Source: an uncultured delta proteobacterium
GTDB lineage: Bacteria > Desulfobacterota > Binatia > Bin18
Direction of reading: 5' to 3'
DNA: 64,000 nt
Assembly (NCBI GenBank): GCA_963733195.1
Contig: CAVTCR010000071.1
Location: forward strand, 32,001-96,000
Below the pieces are notes generated by a model. That model had not been told where the DNA came from. It searched no databases and worked only from the letters and a program-made list of their open reading frames with translations. A program made the position numbers and the translations under genes. Below, piece after piece: positions 24,503 through 34,320 of the stretch (positions are counted from its first letter, which is position 1; every line of letters starts with the position of its first letter).

Positions 24503-25249
24503 TCAGTAAGCTCCTTTGCCGGAGAGGATGGCAGGAATCGTGCGCAGGAGGATTTTGATGTCGGTTTTTATGCTCTGACTCTCGATATACTCGATATCAA
24601 GTGTGACTTGTTGGGGAAACGCAATGTTGCTACGCCCACTCACCTGCCAGATGCATGTTAAACCAGGGGTGATATCGAGCCGACGCCGATCCGCAAGACT
24701 GTACTGGGCAACTTCGTGCGGAAGGGAGGGGCGAGGTCCGACCAGAGACATGTCTCCCTTCAGTACACACCATAGTTGTGGAAGTTCGTCGATGCTCAGT
24801 TTACGAATAATACGACCGATCCACGTCACCCGCGGATCCTTTTTCATTTTGAAGGTAATGCTTTTCTGGTGATCATTCTGTGCCAGCAGGTCAGCCTGAA
24901 GCTGCTCTGCATTCATGACCATCGAACGAAACTTCGGGAAGGGGAATTCCCATCCCCACCGCCCGACACGGGTTTGCCAAAAAACGACAGGCCCACCGTC
25001 GGTCAGCTTAATTGCGAGAGCAACAATACAGAGCAAGGGAGAAAGAGAGACGAGCAGCGTACCGGCTACACACACATCGATGGTTCGTTTCAAGAGTTTG
25101 GTGCCGTGGACAACCGTGCTCCATGCCCACGTCCTCCAGCAGATGCGCAGTCTCCGCAGAGCGCTCCGGCTACTGTTGCTCTCGACATCATACCTTCGCC
25201 ACAATTCTTCGACGAGGTCTGAGTGGTGCGGAACACTACCCATGCACAA
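24503..25249 (-). CDS. Priming monotopic phosphoglycosyl transferase (Bac_transf)
   Basis: KRTIDV, KFRSM, DPRVT, SIDELPQL, GDMSLVGPRP, PGLTCIWQVSGR. Confidence 0.93.
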   Translation of the reverse strand: MCMGSVPHHSDLVEELWRRYDVESNSSRSALRRLRICWRTWAWSTVVHGTKLLKRTIDVCVAGTLLVSLSPLLCIVALAIKLTDGGPVVFWQTRVGRWGWEFPFPKFRSMVMNAEQLQADLLAQNDHQKSITFKMKKDPRVTWIGRIIRKLSIDELPQLWCVLKGDMSLVGPRPSLPHEVAQYSLADRRRLDITPGLTCIWQVSGRSNIAFPQQVTLDIEYIESQSIKTDIKILLRTIPAILSGKGAY

Positions 25250-25513
25250 TTCCTAATCGTCCTAAAAAGATCACTTATAGTGACTATTGCTATTATCTAT
25301 GAATACCCGGAACCACACTGAAGAATGTCGACGGGGACGCCCCTGTCGCCATCCTTAACTCCACCATCGTGCAACGCCCCGAAGACAGCAGCTTGCAGTT
25401 TTTCTCACCACACCCCCGTCTCGACTGACACAAGCGCTCATTGGATGCTGCACATTTGTAAACTCGGCAGGAAGGTGTGTAACTGAAGGAAGTACCCTAA
25501 TCTTGCAAGTAAT

Positions 25514-25528
25514 CTACCCAATTTTAGA
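25514..25528. promoter_or_regulatory. Putative regulator site CTACCCAATTTTAGA upstream of the EPS operon
   Basis: 14/15 identity with 9406..9420. Confidence 0.4.
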
Positions 25529-25674
25529 GAAATACACGGGCAAACATCCTACGGAAAAATACAACGATCAGGAGAGACACCGAAGTGACGATCTCACCTT
25601 GTCGAGAACCCACACAACATGGCACAGTGGCAACTCAAAACGTATCGCTGTAGTGATTAAAAAAGGAGGCGACC

Positions 25675-26559
25675 ATGTTCAAGATAGGTAAACTGTTTCA
25701 CCTCACCCATGTTGTGAACGATCTCGATGCCGTCGACAACTGGTACGACGACGTGTTTTCGTGCAAACGTTTCTACAAAGGGTACGAAAAGCTGGCAGGA
25801 CGCGACGCGTCACTCCTCGTGATTGGTGAAGTTCTTATGGAACCTATGACACCGGCCAAGCGAGAAAACCTACGCAATCTGTCAGTCAAGAAATTCCACG
25901 ATCGCTTCGGTCAGCATTTCCATTCTATCGCCTGGTATGTCGATGATGTTGAGGCAATCTCTGCCCAGCTCGATCAAGCAAACTTACGCCTGTTCAACAT
26001 CGTTGGTACCCAGGTCAAACCTCCGCATAAGATGGACGCGATCTGGACCCATCCGCGCGAAACGCCTGGCCAGTTAGAATTTGCTCTGAATGGTGATTTC
26101 GCCAAAGATCCCCGTTTTGAACCGAACTGGTCAAATGTCCCGTGGCGGGAACATCCGTTGGGGATTGAAGGTGCCTCGCATATTGGTGTAGTCGTCGGCG
26201 ACATGACCAAAGCGAAGCGCTTGTATTGTGATGTCCTCGGCGGAAAGTTGATCCATGAAGAAGAAGTGCAAGGCCGCAAGAAAAGTTCCTTCGTCGCAGT
26301 TGGTGAAGATACGGTTGTCGAACTGATTCTGCCTCATTCCCCGTCCACGCCAGAGGGACAGGATCTGGAGAAGAATGGTGAGGGCATTTATTCGTTGGTC
26401 TTCAAAACAAATAACCTGAGTAAAGCGCAGGAGTTCCTAAAGAGCAAACACATGCGGCCTGAACCTGAAGGGAAAGATTCGATCATCCTCGGACCGGACC
26501 AAGCGTTTGGGATGGTAGTGGGCTTTACCCAGCGTAGCCTACCAAACGATCCGCGATAG
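25675..26559 (+). CDS. VOC/glyoxalase-like protein with two domains
   Basis: FHLTHVV...HSIAWYVDD and HIGVVV...VELI...GIYSLVFK repeats. Confidence 0.8.
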   Translation: MFKIGKLFHLTHVVNDLDAVDNWYDDVFSCKRFYKGYEKLAGRDASLLVIGEVLMEPMTPAKRENLRNLSVKKFHDRFGQHFHSIAWYVDDVEAISAQLDQANLRLFNIVGTQVKPPHKMDAIWTHPRETPGQLEFALNGDFAKDPRFEPNWSNVPWREHPLGIEGASHIGVVVGDMTKAKRLYCDVLGGKLIHEEEVQGRKKSSFVAVGEDTVVELILPHSPSTPEGQDLEKNGEGIYSLVFKTNNLSKAQEFLKSKHMRPEPEGKDSIILGPDQAFGMVVGFTQRSLPNDPR

Positions 26560-26587
26560 AAAATCGGTAATCACTCACTACAACTAC

Positions 26588-26628
26588 AGGAGGCTCGTAT
26601 GGATAAGGAACAGGTACACGAGCCTCCT
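26588..26628. terminator. Inverted repeat between convergent genes
   Basis: AGGAGGCTCGT...ACGAGCCTCCT, 11-bp stem. Confidence 0.5.
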
Positions 26629-27445
26629 ACGTCGGCCGTTTTATCGTCATCCCCAGAATGTTGTAGCCACCATCAATGTGAATAATCTCGCCAGTGATTT
26701 TCGCCGCCATCGGGCTACACAAGAAGAGCGCGGCTTTGCCGGCATCAGAATTGAGAATCTCATCTTGTAACGGCGCGTAAGTTTTCATGTGCTCTTGCAT
26801 GATAGAAAAGCCAGGAATACTAGTGCCAGCTTTTGTCGCTGTTGGCCCCGGCGAGAGTCCGTTCACCCGAATACGATGCTGCGCTAAGTCAAATGCAAGA
26901 TTCCTGATGATATTGTCGAGTGCCGCTTTGGCAGTGCTCATCAACTGATAGCCAGGAATGACTTTCTCACTAGCAAAATAGGTCATCGCCAGAATACAAC
27001 CACCTCGATTTTTCATCAGCGGTAATGCACCACGCGCTAAGGCGATCAACGAGTACGCACTAATATCGAGCGCCAGGGCAAAGTCTGCACGGGCGATCTC
27101 TACGAACCGTTTCTCGAACGATTGCGGTGGTGCATAGGCAATTGAGTGAATGAGAAAATCGATATGGTCGAACTCTTTGCCAACCTCAATATACATGCGC
27201 TCGATTTCCTCGTCTTTGCTCGCATCGCACTCAACGATGAGTGGGTTATTGAGCTGACTAGCAACATTGCCCATCATGCGACGCACGGCTTTGCGTTGAA
27301 TTGATAGCGCAATTCGTGCACCACCATCGTTGAGATACTTGGCGATCGGCCACGCAATCGAGTGTTCGTCGAGTACGCCGGTCACTAGTGCTGTCTTGCC
27401 AGAAAAATCGAGAAAGCTGCTGATCGCAGTTTGCTGATCGGCCAT
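26627..27445 (-). CDS. fabI: Enoyl-ACP reductase
   Basis: SIAW, HSIAYA, DISAYSL, Y-x2-M-x3-K motif, RVNGLSPGP. Confidence 0.85.
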   Translation of the reverse strand: MADQQTAISSFLDFSGKTALVTGVLDEHSIAWPIAKYLNDGGARIALSIQRKAVRRMMGNVASQLNNPLIVECDASKDEEIERMYIEVGKEFDHIDFLIHSIAYAPPQSFEKRFVEIARADFALALDISAYSLIALARGALPLMKNRGGCILAMTYFASEKVIPGYQLMSTAKAALDNIIRNLAFDLAQHRIRVNGLSPGPTATKAGTSIPGFSIMQEHMKTYAPLQDEILNSDAGKAALFLCSPMAAKITGEIIHIDGGYNILGMTIKRPT

Positions 27446-27524
27446 ATCCATATCCTCCCCTGTTCTTTTCCGCAGAGGACTGCTTACTGCGCTTCTTTGG
27501 ACAGGGCAAGGGCTATAGCAGTAC

Positions 27525-27658
27525 GTTATTCCTGCGAAGGCGGGAATTCAGGTTAAAGCAAACCATATGACATTCGCACGAATGTGACTCCTAAGTTATG
27601 TCATTCTGAGCGGAGCGAAGAATCTCTCTGAGAGCCCCTTCGTTGCACTTAGGATGAC
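27525..27658. repeat. Cluster of REP-like palindromes
   Basis: GTTATTCCTGCGAAGGCGGGAAT and GTCATTCTGAGCGGAGCGAAGAATCTCTCTGAGAG; the latter is nearly identical to 46625. Confidence 0.65.
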
Positions 27659-27690
27659 ACGTCTGCTAGGTCAATCTTTTGTGGCTTGAT

Positions 27691-28104
27691 TTAGCGAGAA
27701 ACAAATTTGTCCCGATGTGGAAAGATGAGAGCCAGCAGCAAGTTCACGACGACAATATAAAAGAAGGCAAACTTGATGCGCGAAAATTCTTGATACAGCA
27801 TCACCCAGACGGTGGTCGAGAGCAGCATATAGCCAGCAACAAATTGTGTGAGCTGCCACACCCACGGCTGCATGGTCCACAAGCCAGCGACCAAGGCTAA
27901 TGCCACAACGAGTTGCAGCGCGTGCATCAATTGCGCCCAGATGCCGAACACACGCACACCCAGCACAACACTGACTGGTCCCTGTGCATATGGGCGCTCA
28001 AATGGCGCAACAAAATCCCAGGCAATGATCACCGCAGCGTAAAAAGCGATGAGCAGTGCACCAATAGTAATGCTGACAGGGCGGTCGATGGAGGTCAGAT
28101 GCAT
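27691..28104 (-). CDS. Hypothetical membrane protein (about 4 TM)
   Basis: Hydrophobic 137-aa ORF co-oriented with its neighbours. Confidence 0.65.
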   Translation of the reverse strand: MHLTSIDRPVSITIGALLIAFYAAVIIAWDFVAPFERPYAQGPVSVVLGVRVFGIWAQLMHALQLVVALALVAGLWTMQPWVWQLTQFVAGYMLLSTTVWVMLYQEFSRIKFAFFYIVVVNLLLALIFPHRDKFVSR

Positions 28105-28152
28105 TTCGTCTCTTCTCCGTATCTAAGGGTTATTCAGAAACATATCGATCTT

Positions 28153-28219
28153 GTCATGTTGAGCGAAGCGAAACATCTCCTTACAAGTGTAGGAGAGATT
28201 CTTCGCTTTGCTAGAATGC
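28153..28219. repeat. REP-like palindrome pair
   Basis: GTCATGTTGAGCGAAGCGAAACATCTC...GAGATTCTTCGCTTTGCTAGAATG. Confidence 0.6.
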
Positions 28220-28248
28220 TGAGGAGCTCTACGGTGTCAGCCCGATAA

Positions 28249-29040
28249 TTATCTTACCCCCGTAAATTTCGGTTCGCGTTTCTCGACGAACGAGCGAATC
28301 GCTTCTTTGTGATCTTCAGTGACAAAGCAGTGCTTCTCCAACGCAAGCGAAGTATCAAGCACGAGGTTTGCCGTGTCACGGAGGATTTTGTTCACCGACA
28401 CTTTTGTCCAACGAATCGCTTTGGTTGGGCCGTTGGCTAACCGTGTCGCGAGCGCCATTGCTTTATCCATTAGTTGATCGGCTGGCACAACGTGATTCAC
28501 CAACCCAATGCGTTCAGCTTCTGCGGCAGTGATAATGTCGCCAGTCATTAACAACTCTTTGGCACGCGCAGCACCAACTAACCACGGCCAGATCACGGCG
28601 CCACCGTCACCAGCAACAACACCCACTCTCACATGCGGGTCACCAATCTTGGCGTTATCCGCGGCGAAAATCACGTCAGAGAATAACGCCAGTGTCGCTC
28701 CAAGACCGGTCGCTGGGCCATTCACCGCAGCGATGATCGGCTGCTCGACTTCGAGCATATCAATGATGATCTTGCGGGCTTCGAGAAAAAGCGCATCGAG
28801 TTGTGATGTGGTCATATCTTGAAACCACTTAATGTCACCACCAGCGCAGAACGCCCTTCCCTTTCCTGTCAGCACCACGGCTTCGGCTTCTTTATCTTGG
28901 GCAATGTCAGCGAAGATTTGCGAAATCTCCGTGTGCAGCGGAGCGTTGATCGCATTGAGCGACTCAGGGCGGTTCAGAGCAACAACGAGCACCTTGTCCT
29001 TGCGTTCGACACTAAGGTAGTGATAACGGCTGTAATCCAT
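28249..29040 (-). CDS. Enoyl-CoA hydratase/isomerase family protein
   Basis: AFCAGGDI, IAAVNGPATGLG, AERIGLVN. Confidence 0.92.
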   Translation of the reverse strand: MDYSRYHYLSVERKDKVLVVALNRPESLNAINAPLHTEISQIFADIAQDKEAEAVVLTGKGRAFCAGGDIKWFQDMTTSQLDALFLEARKIIIDMLEVEQPIIAAVNGPATGLGATLALFSDVIFAADNAKIGDPHVRVGVVAGDGGAVIWPWLVGAARAKELLMTGDIITAAEAERIGLVNHVVPADQLMDKAMALATRLANGPTKAIRWTKVSVNKILRDTANLVLDTSLALEKHCFVTEDHKEAIRSFVEKREPKFTGVR

Positions 29041-29128
29041 AATCGTGTCTCCTTATATTGGTTGATGTGAAGCGCGGCTGCATTATTGGTCAGCTCGCTT
29101 GAAGGATCAAGGGACAAAGGACAGAACT

Positions 29129-30091
29129 ATGCAAATCTATTTTTGCCGAGAAGGACTGAATTCCATCATGGCTATTCTGCAGCGGGAACTTCCAGAGGAT
29201 CAAATTCTCTGTTGCGCACCAGAGAAAGTGGTTGAGGCCTCGCGTGAAGCTGACGTACTGATTCCTACCGTCTCACCTGTCACCGCTGACGCCATCAGTT
29301 CACCACGTCTCAAGCTGGTCCAGCAGTACGGTGCTGGGCTAGATACGGTCGATATTCCCACTGCTACCAAGCACGGCGTCTACGTCGCCAATGTGCCAAG
29401 TGCGGGAACAGGGAATGCCGAATCAGTCGCAGAATTGTCATTGCTCTTCATGTTGGCTCTGGCACGTCGCTATCCACAAGCGCAAGAAGCCTTACAGCAA
29501 CGTAAGTTAGGCACTCCGTTTGGCTCTGCCCTCAAAGGGCGCACAGCAGCGATTATTGGTTTTGGTGGCATTGGACAAGAGCTGGCCAAACGTTTGCGCG
29601 GATTCGAGATGAAAGTGCTTGCCGTCTCGAAACGTGGTCCAAAAGCAGGAGACGCTCCGGTCGATTTTCACGGAGCACTTGATGCACTGCACACCGTGTT
29701 ACAGCAAGCGGATTTTGTCATTGTCGCTCCGCCGCTCAATGACGAAACGCGTGGCATGATTGGTCAGGCTGAGTATGCCTGCATGAAACCGAGTGCGTTC
29801 ATTATCAACGTTGCCCGTGGCCCGGTGCTCGATTACGATGCGACTGTCGCGGCCCTCAAAGAAAAACGCATCGCTGGTGCCGGACTCGATGTCTTCTGGC
29901 ACGAACCGTTTGACCCGACTGATCAGATTTTCTCGTATAACGTCATCGCCACACCGCACGTCGGCGGCGCAACAGACCTTAGTCTACAAGGAATCGCTAA
30001 AAAGGTTGCAGACAACATCAACCGCGTGCGGCAGGGAGAGATGCCGCTCAATTGCGTGAACGCAGCGGAGATTAAGACAAAAGGAAAGTAG
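29129..30091 (+). CDS. D-2-hydroxyacid dehydrogenase
   Basis: GFGGIG, INVARG, GLDVFWHEP, TPHVGG. Confidence 0.92.
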   Translation: MQIYFCREGLNSIMAILQRELPEDQILCCAPEKVVEASREADVLIPTVSPVTADAISSPRLKLVQQYGAGLDTVDIPTATKHGVYVANVPSAGTGNAESVAELSLLFMLALARRYPQAQEALQQRKLGTPFGSALKGRTAAIIGFGGIGQELAKRLRGFEMKVLAVSKRGPKAGDAPVDFHGALDALHTVLQQADFVIVAPPLNDETRGMIGQAEYACMKPSAFIINVARGPVLDYDATVAALKEKRIAGAGLDVFWHEPFDPTDQIFSYNVIATPHVGGATDLSLQGIAKKVADNINRVRQGEMPLNCVNAAEIKTKGK

Positions 30092-30134
30092 AAATCAAGA
30101 ATTACTAAAGAGGACGGTGAGGAAGGAACACAGA

Positions 30135-30581
30135 ATGACGGTTCTCAAACACATTCCGAATATGGAAGGGTACCAGGCATTTCCCGCCGGTACGGTCATC
30201 CTCAAAAAAGGGGAGCCTGGTGATGTCATGTACGTCGTGAAAGCGGGAACGGTTGAAGTGCGGGATGGGAGACGACTTCTTGATACAGTCGAACCAGGAG
30301 GGGTCGTAGGAGAGGTGGCACTCATCGATGCGGGAGGACGTAGCGCCTCAGTAATCGCCAAAACCGACTGCCAACTGCTCCCGATCGATGAAGAACAGTT
30401 TATCTTGCTGGTGGAACGGATGCCGTACTTTGCTCTACAGGTTATGCGGGTGCTCGCTCACCGCCTGAGACGCACGACGGAACAACGTGGCACGTCACAA
30501 TCACGGAGAAGTGGGCGCAAGGCAAATCCGGCTAAGCGCAACGCACAGAAAGGCGTACAAAGACAAAAAGCAAAGAGATAA
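30135..30581 (+). CDS. Stand-alone cyclic nucleotide-binding domain protein
   Basis: GEPGDVMYVVKAG, GEVALID...RSASV; basic tail, no HTH. Confidence 0.85.
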   Translation: MTVLKHIPNMEGYQAFPAGTVILKKGEPGDVMYVVKAGTVEVRDGRRLLDTVEPGGVVGEVALIDAGGRSASVIAKTDCQLLPIDEEQFILLVERMPYFALQVMRVLAHRLRRTTEQRGTSQSRRSGRKANPAKRNAQKGVQRQKAKR

Positions 30582-30712
30582 CCGTAAAGAGATCAAGGCC
30601 GACCTACAGCTTCAAACGAGTCACAGACCAATAGTGTTTGGCACTCGTTGTGCAGACATGGCTACCGGGAGAAGGCAGCATGAGGGGAAAAGAATGACAT
30701 TCCTTGTTGGCT

Positions 30713-30746
30713 CCCCTCACCTTCGCCCTCTCCCGAAGGGAGAGGG
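30713..30746. repeat. CCCTCACC...CCCTCTCCC-GAA-GGGAGAGGG palindrome between convergent genes
   Basis: Perfect 9-bp stem at 30726..30746. Confidence 0.6.
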
Positions 30747-30773
30747 AATGACTTGCCTTGACCGTAAGACCAC

Positions 30774-31941
30774 CTACCGCCGCTGCTCAATCGCTGCGTA
30801 CGGCTGGTCGTGCGTGCCAGTATAGACCTGATCGGGCCGGAAGATACGATTATTTCTCAATTGTTCTGCCCAGTGCGCTAACCATCCGGCAACGCGGGCA
30901 ATCGCAAAAATCGGCGTGAACTGATCAATATGAATGCCGAGTTTGTCGTAAACAACGCCAGAATAGAAATCGACGTTGGAGGCAATGCCTTTGGCACCGA
31001 CGTGATCGTTAATCGTTTGTTCGACTTCTTGCGCAACTTTGTAGAGCGGGTGCTCACCTTTCATTTTGAAGAGGTGCTGCGCTAAGCCCTGAAGAGCAAA
31101 TGCACGTGGATCTTTCACCTTGTAGACCCGATGCCCGACACCCATGATCTTTTCTTTGCGCTCCAGCTTGCCTTTAATGTAGGGCCGTACGTTCTCAACC
31201 GTTTTGATTTCCCGAAACATCCTCAGTGCCTGCTCATTGGCTCCACCGTGCAAAGGACCAGTGAGGGCACCAATCGCCGACGCCACCATAGTGTACGGAT
31301 CAGCCAGTGTCGATCCAACGACTAGTCCACTAAACGTTGACGCGTTCATCGTGTGTTCAGCATGCAGAATCAGGCACACATCGAGGATGTGGACATCTAA
31401 CGGATCGGGATCTTGTTCGGTCAACATCCACAGGAAGTTCGCCGCATGAGAAAGATCGTCGCGCGGACGCACCGGCTCGTCGCCATGGCGCATACGCTCA
31501 AATGCGGCGACGATCGTCGGCAGTTTGGCAATAAGGCGGATAATCGACCAATAGTGCTTCTCTTGACTCAGAACATCTGTTCCCGGGGGGAGCTTCAGCT
31601 GCGTCAATTTTCGCAGGATAGAACATCCCTAACGCCGCGACCGCTGCTTGCAGGGCGTCCATGGGATGGCCGTTTTCTGGTAAGCATTTGATTAAGTCGA
31701 TCAGTTTATATTTGATCCGCCGATGGGTACGCAGATCGTGATCGAATTTGGCAAGTTCATCGCGGCTCGGGAGTTTGCCCCACAACAACAGATAGGCCAC
31801 TTCTTCATAGGTGCTTTTTTCTGCCAGCGTCTCGATCGGAATCCCCCGATACTCGAGCACGCCTTTTTGGCCGTCGATGAAGCCGACTTGCGACTCCATA
31901 ATCGGCACACCTTCGAGTCCAGGAATCAATTGTTTCTCCAT
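30774..31941 (-). CDS. gltA: Citrate synthase, frameshift near 31600
   Basis: PGLEGV, HAEHTMNAST, GPLHGGAN, GVGHRVY, NVDFYSG. Confidence 0.9.
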
Positions 31942-32018
31942 AGTTAACCTTTCCAGTACGTAACGTTAGCGTCAGTAATGTAGCTGCGATTTTATTCCCT
32001 CAGCAAAGCATCGACTCA

Positions 32019-32389
32019 TCAGCCCATTTGTTTAGTGAAGCCCCCCAGGTCAAAGTAGTCACGCCATGCAGAAATTTTACCATTGGTGATCTCAAATACG
32101 CCAGCAACTGGAAGCTCGATCTTCTTCGGTCCCATGACAAAGCGGTCAACCCGTTCGTTCATGACGACCTTCCCGGCTGAAGTGGTGTGCTTAATCTCAA
32201 AATGTGCTTCCTGCGCGCCCTTCAGGAAAGGTTCGACAAACTTGCGAATGGCCGCTTTGCCAACCAGGGTTCCATCGGAATATTGTGATAGAAACAGTCA
32301 TCCGTGAGGTATGAAAGAACCTCGTCCGTATTCAGCCGCGACCATGCTCGACAAAAATCAGTCACTAGTTTTTCATTCTCAGCACTCAT
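32019..32389 (-). CDS. Limonene-1,2-epoxide hydrolase family (NTF2-like); missed by the ORF track because of a frameshift near 32268
   Basis: Manual translation MSAENEKLVTDFCRAW...YHNIPMEP / VMNERVDRF...LPVAGVFEI...WRDYFDL; GGAGG upstream. Confidence 0.85.
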
Positions 32390-32551
32390 CGGAAATCCTC
32401 CTTATTGAAGAGTTACTGCCCCGCAGGGTCAGCGCTTAGCGAGCCTTACTTTTCTTATCGGAAATGTCTTACCACTGACAAGCCTATGACGGCAAGGGAA
32501 GTATGGGCCGAGTTCTCTTGACGCTATTCCGAGGCTTCTCTACCTTACCCC

Positions 32552-33067
32552 ATGTCCGATTTCTACAATCCCTTTACTCCTGCAACAGGTGATAGCCGTG
32601 GCCGTCGACCGGAGGTCAGCGAAATTCTTCCGACCTTATTTGTCGGCGAATACCCACGCGTTGAGGACATTGCTTGGCTGAAACAAGAATTCAGCATCTC
32701 GGCGGTGTTCAGCCTCCAAGACAATGACGACCTGCAAGCCAAAGGACTTACCCTGCATACACTAAGAAACGAATGTGCGCGTCATCAGGTAGAGTTTCGT
32801 CGCACAGCAGTCGCTGATTTCAATTGTCAGAGCCTCGCTGTCGCTCTTCCTTCTGCCCTGCAAGAGTTACATGCGCTGGCACAGGATGCACATACGACAT
32901 TCCTGCACTGCAATGCCGGGTGCAATCGTGCGCCTACGCTCGCCATTGCCTACTTACATGCTTATCACAACATGACACTAGAGGAGGCGCGCGATTTCTT
33001 CAAAGCCCGTCGCCCCTGTGGTCCGTATATGGAAGTGCTGTATCAGCACTTTGGGCGGTCAGTATAA
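32552..33067 (+). CDS. Dual-specificity protein phosphatase family
   Basis: HCNAGCNRA CX5R motif, LFVGEYP. Confidence 0.85.
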   Translation: MSDFYNPFTPATGDSRGRRPEVSEILPTLFVGEYPRVEDIAWLKQEFSISAVFSLQDNDDLQAKGLTLHTLRNECARHQVEFRRTAVADFNCQSLAVALPSALQELHALAQDAHTTFLHCNAGCNRAPTLAIAYLHAYHNMTLEEARDFFKARRPCGPYMEVLYQHFGRSV

Positions 33068-33077
33068 ATCGGTTATC

Positions 33078-34271
33078 TTAAAAAAAAGACGCAAAAATCG
33101 AGTCAGCAAGGAAAAGTCCTCGTTCGCTCAGCTTTATCTTGCCCTCATCCTGTGTCAGTAAACCATCAGTAACCAAGGTATCCACTTGCGGAAATGTCTC
33201 GCGCAAATCTACGCCGAATCGCTCAGCGAAAGCCGCGGGAAGAAATCCTTCGAGCTGACGGAGATTGAGAAAAACGAATTCACTCATTGCCTGTGCGCGG
33301 GTCAGCGTTTCTTCGGCGTTCTTTGCATCACCAGGAAGGACCGCCTTCTCCATATAGCGTCGTGGGCTACGCTCATTGCTCCATCGTTTTCCCCAGTCTG
33401 GTTCGTTCGCGTATGAATGCGAACCGGCTCCCAGCCCCAGATAACTGATCCCTTTCCAATAATTGGCGTTGTGACGTGAGGTGAAATCAGGTCGCGCAAA
33501 ACTGGAAATCTCGTAATGGTCATATTCGGCGCGTTTACATAGCTCTTGCACCAGAGCGTACATCTCGACTTCTTCATCTTCACTCACCGCTTGGAGCTTG
33601 CCTTTCTTTCTCATGGAAAAGAACGGCGTGCGTTCTTCATAGGTGAGGCAGTAAGTAGACAGGTGGGTTGGTGCATACGCTACAGCTTGTGCGACATCGT
33701 CGGCTAACATGTCGAGGGTCTGCCCTGGCACGGCAAATATGAGGTCAAGACTGACATTACGAAATCCTGCATCCCGTACCCAGGAGAGAGAATTCTGCGC
33801 GTCGTCTACCGTATGCAGTCTGCCGAGCGTCTTGAGTACTGGAGCTTGAAATGATTGCACGCCGAAGCTGAGACGATTCACACCGATGGCGCGATACCCT
33901 GCGAGTTTTTCGTACGAGACCGAAGCTGGATCGGCTTCGAGCGTGATTTCTACCTCTGGAACAATAGAGCAATGCTCAGCCACATAGTTCAGGAACCGCT
34001 CGATAGAAGCCGGAGCGAACAATGAGGGGGTGCCCCCACCAAAGTAGATCGTCTCAATAGATTGTTCGTCCCAGGGAGGTTGAGTGAGGTAATGACGAAA
34101 TTCAGCACACAGGGCGTCAATATATTGTTCTTCCGGCCATCGCTTTGCTGCATAGACGTTAAAGTCGCAGTAAGGACATTTGACGAGGCAGTAAGGGATG
34201 TGGAGGTAGAGAGAGAAAACTCTGGGGATTGGGGATTGGGGATTGGGGGTTAGGGAAGAATAAGAATCCAC
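33078..34271 (-). CDS. hemW: Radical SAM heme chaperone HemW
   Basis: LYLHIPYCLVKCPYCDF, YFGGGTPS, YEISSFA, HNANYW; likely GTG start at 34271. Confidence 0.9.
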   Translation of the reverse strand: MDSYSSLTPNPQSPIPRVFSLYLHIPYCLVKCPYCDFNVYAAKRWPEEQYIDALCAEFRHYLTQPPWDEQSIETIYFGGGTPSLFAPASIERFLNYVAEHCSIVPEVEITLEADPASVSYEKLAGYRAIGVNRLSFGVQSFQAPVLKTLGRLHTVDDAQNSLSWVRDAGFRNVSLDLIFAVPGQTLDMLADDVAQAVAYAPTHLSTYCLTYEERTPFFSMRKKGKLQAVSEDEEVEMYALVQELCKRAEYDHYEISSFARPDFTSRHNANYWKGISYLGLGAGSHSYANEPDWGKRWSNERSPRRYMEKAVLPGDAKNAEETLTRAQAMSEFVFLNLRQLEGFLPAAFAERFGVDLRETFPQVDTLVTDGLLTQDEGKIKLSERGLFLADSIFASFF

Positions 34272-34320
34272 AGAAGTTGTCCCTTTTTTAACCAGCCCCC
34301 AGCCCCTAACCCCCAACCCC
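34222..34320. repeat. Mirror-image heptamer tandem repeats (GGGGATT)n / (CCCCTAA-like)n
   Basis: Read directly from the sequence; overlaps the 5' end of hemW. Confidence 0.7.

Noticed and set aside
30774-31941. Citrate synthase (and likewise gmk) as pseudogenes
   Set aside because: Single indels in or near homopolymers with all motifs intact are better explained by sequencing error
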